Position numbers and translations under genes: made by a program. 50,526 nt of DNA from Prorocentrum cordatum (taxonomy: Eukaryota): assembly GCA_963575745.1 (NCBI GenBank), contig CAUYUJ010000081.1, positions 620,001-670,526 on the forward strand. Reading direction: 5' to 3'. The notes under the pieces were generated by a model, which was given only the letters and a program-made list of their open reading frames with translations, searched no databases and had not been told where the DNA came from. The number at the start of each line of letters is the position of its first letter. Within the stretch, counting starts at the first letter, position 1. Shown here in pieces: positions 12,186-21,539 of this stretch.

Positions 12186-12685
12186 GGCACCGCCGCCCCG
12201 TTTCGGCACACCCCTCACACGTTTCGTGATCCCATAGGATGGTCCACCGAAGGCCCCGGCGGGAAAGTTCGCATGGCACCGCCGCCCCATTTCGGCACAC
12301 CCCTCACACGCTTCGTGGCCCCATAGGGAGCCCCACCGAAGGCCCTAGCAGGAGAGTTCGCATGGCACCGCGCCGCCCCATTTCGACACACCCCTCACAC
12401 ATTTCGTGGCCCCATAGGGAGCTCTAACTGAGGCCCCAGTGGGAGGGTTCGCATGGCACCGCCGCCCCAGCCACACCCTTCACACGCTTCGTGGCCCCAT
12501 ACGGAGCTCCACCGAAGGCGGTACTCACAACAACGGCACTCACAAGTGCATATAGTTGCGTACCCCCCCAACCCAGTGCAGCGCTTCGTGGCCCCATCGG
12601 GAGCTTCACCAAAGAAGATATGCACAATTGCGGTACCCAAAACTGCATATGGTTGGGTCTTTCGCCAGAATAATCTTATGTTGTT
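12186..12685 (-). repeat. Inverted copy of the head plus 89-bp minisatellite element
   Basis: Reverse complement of 14423-~14900: ~3.5 minisatellite units plus the unique head (GGTACCCAAAACTGCATATGGTTGGG). Confidence 0.88.
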
Positions 12686-12955
12686 TTTGGGTGGTGGTGG
12701 TGGTGGTAGGGCATCGTTGCCGCCGTCATCGTACCGGTTGGCAGATGTACGGTAATGTATTTCTAGAATGGTACGCCTTTCACGAATAAGTTGGTCGACG
12801 CGTTTGGCCGAGCATGTCATGTAGATCCCCATTGCGGGCACTCGCCCGAACCTCGGTGAATTGGACCACTTTTCCCCTAACAGTGTTTGCACTTAGGGGT
12901 TCTCACTTGGCTTAACCATCTCGGGGTGAATGGAGGCTTGTGCGGGCAGCGCAGC

Positions 12956-13075
12956 CCGTCGCCGCCGTCGCCGTCGCCGTTGCCGTCGCCGCCGCTCGGG
13001 GCAAGCGGCTGTTTTTGCGGGCGGCGCCGCCCGTCGCCGCCGTCGCCGCCGTCGCCACCGCTCGGGGCGAGTGGC
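12956..13075. repeat. (CGCCGT)-type microsatellite with an internal ~70-bp duplication
   Basis: CCGTCGCCGCCGTCGCC runs; CCGCTCGGGGC..GCGGCT.TTT occurs twice. Confidence 0.8.
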
Positions 13076-13119
13076 GGCTTTTGCTGGCGGGGCGTTGTAG
13101 TGCTGGTGGCGTCGTCGTA

Positions 13120-13685
13120 ATGCGGTGCTCCGCCGAACGCCATGTAGCAGTGCGCGGGTTCAACGTACAACACATCCGAATCTACAGACGAACCAAATCA
13201 AATCATGACGCGTTTGGAAACCCTGTCGTACCGCGCCTCTACTCGCAATTGACAGGATATGCTATACACGAGACAACATACTGACAAATCTTGGTGAAGC
13301 ATTGAACGGCGCTGTGCTCCGTCGAGCTTCGCGGAGGAGGTTACGAACCCAACGGACAACCATCATCTCAGACAACATGGCATATATCATGATATCACTT
13401 GTCACGGCGTGTTTCGGAGCCCTGTTCTACAGTGCCATTCTCAACTCACACAAAGATATCGGTGGGCGACAACCTAGGCGACGTTGTGTTGGCGTCGCAT
13501 GCCGTTGCTAGCATCGTCTGCGGTGCTGGAGTCGTGGTGCTGGTGCGAGCGTAGCACCGTGTTCCGTCGAACTTCAAGTATACGTTCACGAACTCGACGT
13601 ACAACAAGTCGCATTAGACATACGAATCGCATCAATCGCTAGGTGACCGCGGTTTTCGGAGCCCTGTATTACCGCGCATCTCTTC
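13120..13685. repeat. Three highly diverged ~200-240-bp units
   Basis: GCG(T/G)TTT(C)GGA(A/G)CCCTGT core at ~13210, ~13407 and ~13649; ACGTACAACA at ~13163 and ~13598. Confidence 0.55.
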
Positions 13686-13811
13686 AACCCCTTCTAGTGT
13701 CTGACTTACCAACCTCTCTTGGTAAGAAGAGAAAGTTGTGAAAGCATGGGATCCACTGAACCAGATGTGAAAGATGTATGACTGTCGCTGAGTGTGCCAT
13801 TCTAGTTTCTC

Positions 13812-13921
13812 CATCCTCCTCCTCCTCCTCCTCCTCCTCCTCCTCCTCCTCCTCCTCCTCCTATTCCTCCTCCTCCTCATCATCATCCCTATTCTCATGC
13901 TCATCCTCCCCTCCTCATCCT
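13812..13921. repeat. (TCC)n microsatellite
   Basis: Direct inspection. Confidence 0.95.
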
Positions 13922-13995
13922 CTTGGGCAAGAAAACGATTTCCCACGACCCAAGACGGAACGGACTGGGCAGGGAGAGAGAAGAAGAAAAAGAGT

Positions 13996-14096
13996 GACTT
14001 CAGCGGGTAACTATTCTCTCTGCTACGCTCGCTGGCCAAAGCGACTCGGATCCGAGGCACAAAGGCAGATGGCACGATCGCCTCTCGCTACAACCC
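13996..14096 (-). repeat. Split direct repeat B2
   Basis: Diverged copy of 14258-14356 (core GCGACTCGGATCCGAGGCACA.AGGCAGATGGCACGATCG). Confidence 0.85.
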
Positions 14097-14153
14097 CACC
14101 TAGGAAAAAAGGAGAAAGATGGAAGGGGAGCCGAGGCGGCCCTAAAGGGAGGG

Positions 14154-14247
14154 GAGCCTGGACGACTGCAGAGCAACAACCGTGTGGATCGATGAAGCCG
14201 ACAACCCAAACCACGCAAAACCGTTACTGGGCACGCACCCCCATGAC
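14154..14247 (-). repeat. Split direct repeat A2
   Basis: 94 bp; about 13 mismatches to 20840-20933 by manual alignment. Confidence 0.88.
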
Positions 14248-14257
14248 TTACCCTTGG

Positions 14258-14356
14258 CTTTCAACGGGGAACTACTATCTCTGCTAAGCTCGCTGATCCA
14301 AGCGACTCGGATCCGAGGCACAGAGGCAGATGGCACGATCGTTTCTCGCTAAAACC
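14258..14356 (-). repeat. Split direct repeat B1
   Basis: Diverged copy of 13996-14096. Confidence 0.85.
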
Positions 14357-14387
14357 ACAACCGACGCAGGTCCCCGAAACCGAAACT

Positions 14388-15442
14388 GTTCACACCGAAA
14401 GGTATTGCGCCCGCAGGGCGCTGAAAACAATTATCCTGGCGAAGGGCCCAACCATATGCAGTTGTGGGTACCGCAAGTGTGAATATCTGCTTCGGTGAAG
14501 CTGCACTGGGTGGGGGGTGCCTAAACATATGCACTTGTAAGTGCCGTCGTTGTCAGTACCGCCTTCGGTGGAGCTCCGTATGGGGCCACGAAACGTGTGA
14601 AGGGTGTGGCTGGGGCGGCGGTGCCATGCGAACCCTCCCACTGGGGCCTTCGGTGGAGCTCCCTATGGGGCCACGAAACGTGTGAGGGGTGTGCCGAAAT
14701 GGGGCGGCGGTGCCATGCGAACCCTCCCGCTGGGGCCTTCGGTGGAGCTCCCTATGAGGCCATGAAACGTGTGAAGGGTGTGGCGAAATGGGGCGGCGGT
14801 GCCATGCGAACCCTCCCGCTGGGGCCTTCGGTGGAGCTCCCTATGGGGCCACGAAACGTGTGAGGGGTGTGGCGAAATGGGGCGGCGGTGCCATGCGAAC
14901 CCTCCCGCCGGGGCCTTCGGTGGAGCTCCGTATGAGGCCACGAAACGTGTGAGGGGTGTGCCGAAATGGGGCGGCGGTGCCATGCGAACCATGCCACAGG
15001 TGCCTTCGGTGGAGTTCCCTATGGGGCCACGAAACGTGTGAGGGGTGTTGGGGCGGCGGTGCCATGCGAACCTTCCCGCTGGGGCCTCAAGTGGAGCTCC
15101 CTATGTAGCCACGAAACGTGTGAGCGGTGAGCCGAAATGGGGCGGCGGTGCTATGCGAACGGGGCGTGCCGAAATGAGGCGGCGGTGCCACGCGAACCCT
15201 CCCGCCGGGACCTCCGGTGGAGCTCCCTATGGGGCCGCGAAACGTGTGAGGGGTGTGCCGAAATGGGGCGGCGGTGCCATGCGAACCCTCCCGCTGGGGC
15301 CTTCGGTTGAGCTCTCTGTGGGGCCACGACACGCGTGAAGGTTGGGCCGACATGGGGCGGCGATGCCATGCGAACCCTCCCGCTGGTGCCTTCGGTGGAG
15401 CTCCTTAGTTCACACCGAATGGTAATGCGCCCGCAGGGCGCT
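14388..15442 (+). mobile_element. Non-coding insertion: ~140-bp head plus ~9 copies of an 89-bp minisatellite, flanked by 35-bp direct repeats
   Basis: GTTCACACCGAAWGGTAWTGCGCCCGCAGGGCGCT at 14388-14422 and 15408-15442. Unit GTGCCATGCGAACCCTCCC..GGCCACGAAACGTGTGAGGGG has period 89 (14621 to 14710). Confidence 0.8.
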
Positions 15443-15469
15443 CAATGAGAACAACGGCCTCTTGGAAAT

Positions 15470-15940
15470 GATGGTGTATAAACTCATACAGGCGCGGGTG
15501 GGAAATGGTTTTTCCCATGGCCGTCTCTAGATCTAACGCCAGGGCATCGTAGCCCGAGGCGGGTTGCGTCGTCAGACACAGACTAAAGAGGTAACGCTGA
15601 ATCCGGTGGCACAACGTTGTCTACACATATGCGACACGAGCTGCAAAGCCTGAAGTGTGGGAAATCGCGCAATAACTGACTTGCTGCTAGAGCTGAAGGA
15701 ACTGATCGCCGCTGGCAGCCCCAACTTGCTAGTATCTGACATCAGCCGAACTAGGCCTGTGGAAGGGACGGCACTGCACAAGGAAATTATCAGAGCTCCG
15801 ACTTTGCCACGCCTCATGTCTGAGCGGGGCCTGATGGAGAGCAAATCCGAAACATGTTTATTCTGAAAGAATTTGACTGGGAAGCCACACTCGACAACTT
15901 TGCAAGGCAAACGACTTCCTATGACCAGAACGAAAACAAG
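15470..15940 (-). pseudogene. Possible degenerate methyltransferase-like domain downstream of the YR of DIRS element 2
   Basis: CFRSGH...CGFPVKFF..SDLL..RSDMRRGKVGALII loosely resembles motif I-IV-like extensions that follow YR in dinoflagellate DIRS. No PC motif is visible. Confidence 0.25.
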
Positions 15941-15950
15941 CGCCGCCCAT

Positions 15951-16750
15951 TCACTGCCAGCGCAAAACGGGTTTTGGCAGCGCGAGGCCGCGCCCCGAGA
16001 TCCCCACGAATTTCTCTTCGAGTTTCACCACGAGGGCACGCAGCCACGGCGGGCGCGCCGCCCGCGTAGAGCTGAGACGGGCCCTCCTCGCGCAACGCAC
16101 GACTGAGCGACTAAACTTCCGCCCCCCTCGTTCCACGACCTCCGCCAGCGGGCGTTTGCGCGAGGCCATGTTGGAGCTGGCGCCGCTGTGAATGGCTCGG
16201 TGGAACAAAGCCCAGGTTCCCTGACGCCGCCTGCACGGTGGCGGCCAGCTGAAGGCAGGGGAAACGCCGCACCACCCGGTCTGGACGCCACGACCCGACG
16301 GCCTCCAATGTCGGGACCAGGCTGCTCCACAAGTCGTTGCCTAGCTCGATCCCCATGCTGAGCTTTTCGGCCTTCAAGGGGGCGACCTCGACTTGGGAGG
16401 TGGGCTGGGCGGCCAGGCGGGTAGCAACCTGGCCGGGCACGCACAGACCATCGGGCCCGAGGGCCGTTCGCTGGATCGGCCTGACACATATGCCCCATAT
16501 CAAGTGAGCGACCAAGATTATGTCGAAACGACATAGGCTGCATATGAACTGGTACACCCATTGAACATGTTGGGACTCGAACACCGGCATCACCGCGACG
16601 TGCCCCCCCAAGGTCCGGCGGGACATCACGGGGACCCTGCGCGACTCCAGCAGCAGCGTGCGAGCGCCCACCCTCGGCGCGACGGAGAGCGCGCGACTGG
16701 GCAAGGGCCTCGACGTGTCGGGGCGCCCCTACGCCTCGCCGTCGGAGCCC
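15951..16750 (-). pseudogene. Tyrosine recombinase remnant of DIRS element 2
   Basis: C-terminal AIHSGASS..RPLAEVVERGGRKFSRSVVRC..RARL matches a degenerate RHSGAS...EV..RGRW...SV.RY box. Catalytic residues are mutated; the 5' boundary is approximate. Confidence 0.6.
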
Positions 16751-17370
16751 GAGTCCTCGGCGAACCGCGGTTCGGAGCTGATCAACGGCCGCAACTGCTT
16801 CAGCAGAAACTTCGCCTCGGCGTTCGAGAGACGTGGCTGACTGGCGCGGCGGGCCAAAGCTCTCACCCCGAACGTGCTCCTGGCCCCCAGCACCGGGGAA
16901 CTGCGCTGCCACGAAGCGAACGGGCCCTGCGGATCCCGGGGGCGACGACCCCGCCCAGGGCCACCAGTCGGCGCCACTCCGGCCTGGGGCGAGGCCAGCA
17001 CTCGCACTCTGACATCTGATGTAGAGAGGTTCGGCTGCATGGACGCAGGCTTGAGCCAAGACGGCCGCGGCGGCACGGCGAGGCGCAACCACTCGGAAGA
17101 CCCCGCAGATAATTCACACAGGGCCCCACTTCACGGAACCCAAGATCTCGCGCGCAGGCGGGAGCGTGGGCTTCAAAGACGATCGGAAGATCCGCGGGCG
17201 TCTCAAGACTTACAATCTCGGGGCAGAATCGGAAAAATTGACGCCGAACGGGCGCATCTACACGGCACCGCCCGGGCCAAGGGCCCCATCCGCTTTTCCA
17301 CTGGTTTTGACTGCGTCACGGGGAGCGCGCTCACAAGGGACAGGGTCGGCCAACATCGCCCTGTCTAAGG

Positions 17371-19000
17371 TCAGCCGAAACTGACTGAGGCTGAAAACGA
17401 CAGTGCGGGCGTCAGCGGGATTCCTCTCCGACGGGATCCACCGAACAGGGAGGTGGATGTTGCGACTGAGACACCGGGCGGCCATTCTGCGCAAGACGAC
17501 AAGGATTTTGAAGGTCCGACACCGCCATCTGCCTGCGGCGAGTTCGAGCCCCAAGTTGTCTGCAAACAGAAGCTGGCGAATGTCGCGGCCAAGCCTGGCG
17601 CGGCTCACTCTCTCCAGCCCACGTAGAATCACGCGGGGTTCCAGGGCCATGATGTCCTTGGGCAGCCGAAACCTCTCTAGCCCCCGACGACCGACCACGT
17701 GGACTGCTCCGTCATGGAGCTGGGCACCTCGGCGAAGCCGGGATCAGCCAGGAGGCCGCCACGCCCAAGACGGCCCTCGACGCCCAGAAGCTCGGGCACC
17801 AGCGGGCCTCCCCCCCGGGCCGCGGCGCGGGCCCCGACGCGGTCGTCAGCGAGGTAGCGGTCTCGCTCGCGGCACCGACCGACCATCGCGACGTCGCGGG
17901 CGTCGAACCTTCGCGAGCAGATGCCGCAGCCAGTCCCCGAAGCGCCCGTAGCCACTTGAGGAGGCCCCAGTCGGACTCCCAGCTCGAGACCAGCATCACC
18001 ATCAGCCCAGCGGAAGCTCTCAGCTCGTCGGCAACGGACGGCCACAGGGCGACAAGTTGGTCGTAGTGCTCCCTGATGAGCGGGCACACCGTCGCGAACA
18101 CCAGCAGCGTCTGGCGCCTCGCCAGCCCGCAGAAGGTGGCATGGCCCAAGACGACCCCCACCTGCCGCCCCGACTGGCCGTCAGCCTCGCGCGCCGCCGA
18201 CGGCCATCACGCAGCGCGCCGAGCGCCTCGACGCCCGAGTCGGAGATGGCGACCTCATGCACGGCAAGGACCTTCGCCTCGAAAGCCGCGCAGACGTCCT
18301 CCAACTTGGAAAGAAGAGACCAGATCGCTCGTGGGTCCAACCGCCGAAGGCCAGCTTGTGTCTGGCCTTCAGGTCACAGATGACACGGGCGTAGAGCGCT
18401 AGGCTGCTGGCGAACTGGGGGTCGACGTAGCATCGCTCAGCATCATCATACAAACTGCCGCTGGCAGTAGGATCCAGCATGCGCTCGCCTGCGCCCTCCA
18501 GGAGGCAGGGAGGCCCGACCTCGCCGGCACGGCGCGAGCGCAATCGAAACGGCGTCCATCCTGTAGCCAGACGCCCTGTCACCGAGCAGTTCCCGAAGGG
18601 CCGCTTCTGGCGGCCTGTCAGAGTCCCGAGCGCCCCCCCGCACCTGAAGCTCTGCCAGCGCCTCCAGGCGGGCCGAACTATCATCCAGCCGGGGCGGCGC
18701 CTCCCGACAGGGCGGGTCGCCAACGTCGCTGGCATGAGCAGGCCGTCCTCGGACGTCAGGCGGTCGGCGGGCGTCGGTCTTTGCCGGCCAACTAAGTGCA
18801 TTACAAGAAGCCTCCACTAACTGTCGGACGTTGTCTCGAGCCCGATAGCGCCCGCGACGCCGACCGCCATCAGCAGGCGCATGTTCTCGCCGAGGAAGTG
18901 CCAGCGGGAACTGCTTGAAGAGGCGAGGAAGAGGGGAGGGCGCCCAGGCGCCCGAAAATCCCCCACCTTTAGCGGGCCGTGGCGTGGAGGGCCTGTCCAC
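17371..19000 (-). pseudogene. RT-RNase H remnant of DIRS element 2 (no DNMT insertion)
   Basis: QFPLALP, AALRELL, YVDPQF..YARVI, GVEALGA, VLGHATF, LWPSVADELRA, IMALEPR, FADNLG and VRWIPSERNPAD, spread across several frames. Confidence 0.75.
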
Positions 19001-19039
19001 GACCCGTCATCCGACTCCACCATCCATCGGGGCTGCGGG

Positions 19040-20478
19040 GCTCTGATCGCCCCGCCCGCCCCGGCTTGCGACGCCGCGCCCGCGGCCTCGGCCGCCGTCA
19101 GCAGCCCCTTGCCGCCTCCAGCGCCAGAGCCCTCTGCCGCAGGCCGCGGCTGGCACGCCCGAGCACTCTCACTCTCGTTCTGGCCCCATCAGCCCATTGA
19201 TCCCCCACTCCCACAAGGCGGGCACGAAGGCGCCCCCGCATCTGGTCTCGCTCTCGATCACGGCCGCCACGCGCGGCGAGGGCAACCAGCCACCCGCCGA
19301 GAAAACGTCGATCATGCCCAGCATCATACACGCCATCGCCTCGATGCTCGCCGACGCACCCAACCTGCGCTGGTCGTGCTCTCCGAGCAGCCTGAAACTC
19401 GCCGTCGGGGCGGTCATCTCGTTATAGGCGGGCTCCGCCTTCGAGATGTTGCGGATCCTAGCGAATTCCTGCCACAATCGCCGCGGGTCGCCTCCATGCC
19501 TCTCCGCGTGACGAGCAAGGTGGAATGTCCCTGGGAGGCCCAGGAGCATTCACGGCCGCGATGGGCTCATTCCTGCTCTCCTGAAAGACCTTCTCCCGAC
19601 GCTCGAAGCTCTCGCAAACCACGTCGTAGTCGGCCCAGAACGCGCGAACCTCATCGTCCTGCAAGGGAGCCTCATCATCGGGCCCAGTCCGCAGGACAGA
19701 AGAGCCCGCAGCTGCCGCGCCGCAAGCATACGGCGTACGAAGGCTCTCCACAAACCTCACGCAACCACGAACCTCACGCAACCACCGCTCGCGATCGCCT
19801 CCACGCGCAAGAACATGCCGCATCTGCGCCTGCGCACGATGCCGCCCCACAAGGTCATGGTCACATCCCCTCGCGCGGCGTCACCTCCAGACCTTTGGTC
19901 AAGTAACTGTCGGGGTTCTCGGGGATCAACCACACCAGCCCCTCGCGCGAGGCAGGGCGCTCGGGCAACACGGCCAAGAACGGCGCCACCGCCTTGGGGG
20001 CGCCTGGAGGCCCCTCGATCTCCGACTCGGGCACCTCGGGCGGCAGCGGCAAAAGGGGGGCGCAACGTTCCCACCAGCCACGGGGGCAACCCCAGCGTCC
20101 ACACGACGGAACCGACTGCCCACGCCTCCTAGCGGAGGCAGCTTGCCCTTCGCGGGCTCGCCGCGCGCGAACGTGTAGATCCTGCCCAGCAGGAAGCGCG
20201 GGCACATCCCCGCCTGGACCAGCAACTCGTCGGCCTCCACTGGGAAGTCCCCTTTCAGAGAGGTCACCGCAGGGCGTGAGGATCCACCAGATGGCGTCGA
20301 GGCCTTCCGCGCTGCGCAACCCAGGGCCCATGAAGACCTGCTTGTGCCACAGATCCTCTCCAGCATACTCAGCGGCCATCAACCGTCCTGGCCGAAGACT
20401 ACTCGAAAACTCCAGCAACGAATGAGGCCTGCCTGTGTCCTCGAGGGGCGGCGGACGTAGTGGAGAGCCGAACGCCAT
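19040..20478 (-). pseudogene. Gag-like remnant of DIRS element 2
   Basis: EYAGEDLWH..WWILTP(C)GD, VRAFWADYD, and HGGDPR..WQEFAR..AYNEM..GEHDQ..SIEAM; frameshifted. Confidence 0.65.
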
Positions 20479-20839
20479 CGCGTCGCGAGCAGGTCCAGCG
20501 GCCAAAAAGAAATAGCCCAAAGGTGGCCCTGGCCCGAACACAGGGCCAGCGTGGTCAAAGCAATGAGCCTGACGTCGTGCTCGCTGAACTCGCAGCTGAG
20601 CTCGCAGACGCACGCATCGGACCTCACACGACTGGCAATCTCCTCCACCATGCAAGGATGGACGGTCGCCTCGCGGCACGTCACCTCCAGCCTCGTCGGC
20701 GCGGGCGGCGGCCCCCCGTCGCAATCGGGCGGCACAACAAGGCCAGCTGACCACTGCCGCTCGGCAGCGTCACGCAGACAGATGGTCAAGGTGGCTAAAA
20801 GGACACCGATCACAGACTGCACTCGGTGCCAAAACCTCA

Positions 20840-20933
20840 GAGCCTGGATGACTGCAGAGCAACAACAATGTGGATCGATAAGAACGGCAACCCAAACCAC
20901 GCCAAGCCATTACTGTGCACGCACCCCCAAGAC
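20840..20933 (-). repeat. Split direct repeat A1 (5' terminus of DIRS element 2)
   Basis: Copy of 14154-14247 lying upstream of gag. Confidence 0.88.
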
Positions 20934-21001
20934 GGAGATAAAGAAATAAGGCAAACACTATAAACGATGCATAGAAACAAACATATACAATAGATCAAAG
21001 G

Positions 21002-21500
21002 CGTGTATACACATGTGCTGACATACAAACATATATATATATATATATGGATGGCTGTGTAGATATGCAGGTGTATATAAATGTGTGCATGTGTATGTAT
21101 ATCTATAGATATACTAGAACCACGCGCGTGCTTCGCGCGCGCTTCGGTTCTGGTCGCCCCCGAGGATCCATCATCGAAAATTACCGTTGGGCACTGCCAG
21201 GTTGACTCGGGAGTTCCCTTACGGTTGGTCGTGGGACCTGCCGCCATTTGATACAGTAATCCAGAGGTCCTGTAGAAGGGTCTTTGGGGGCTTCTACGAC
21301 GCGTCGTCTGGGGCTGAAAGAGATCAGAGGAGAACTGGGGTCCCCGAGTCCAGCTCCGCATTGCCAGGTGCCCTGGGGTCGCGACCTTCCGTGTACGTAT
21401 GAATACATGTACAGATGTGTAAACATACATACTATACACGTGTGCCTGACCATATATACAACTGTGTATATATATATATATATATATACGTGTACATATA
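21002..21500. repeat. Two (TA)/(TG)/(CA) microsatellite tracts
   Basis: Tracts at ~21002-21112 and ~21390-21500. Confidence 0.85.
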
Positions 21501-21539
21501 GCAGCGCGCGCGCTCAGGTTCTAGCCCAGACCAGGGGGG

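Larger units (their letters stand above)
13949..20937 (-). mobile_element. DIRS/PAT-like tyrosine-recombinase retrotransposon 2 with split direct repeats (heavily decayed)
   Basis: Minus-strand order A1, gag, RT/RH, YR, (nested insertion), B1-A2-B2. CCCAAGACGGA occurs at both ends. Confidence 0.8.

Noticed and set aside
12186..14900. A single foldback transposon with long inverted arms
   Set aside because: The right arm has its own 35-bp flanking duplication and sits inside DIRS element 2, so two independent opposite insertions are more parsimonious.
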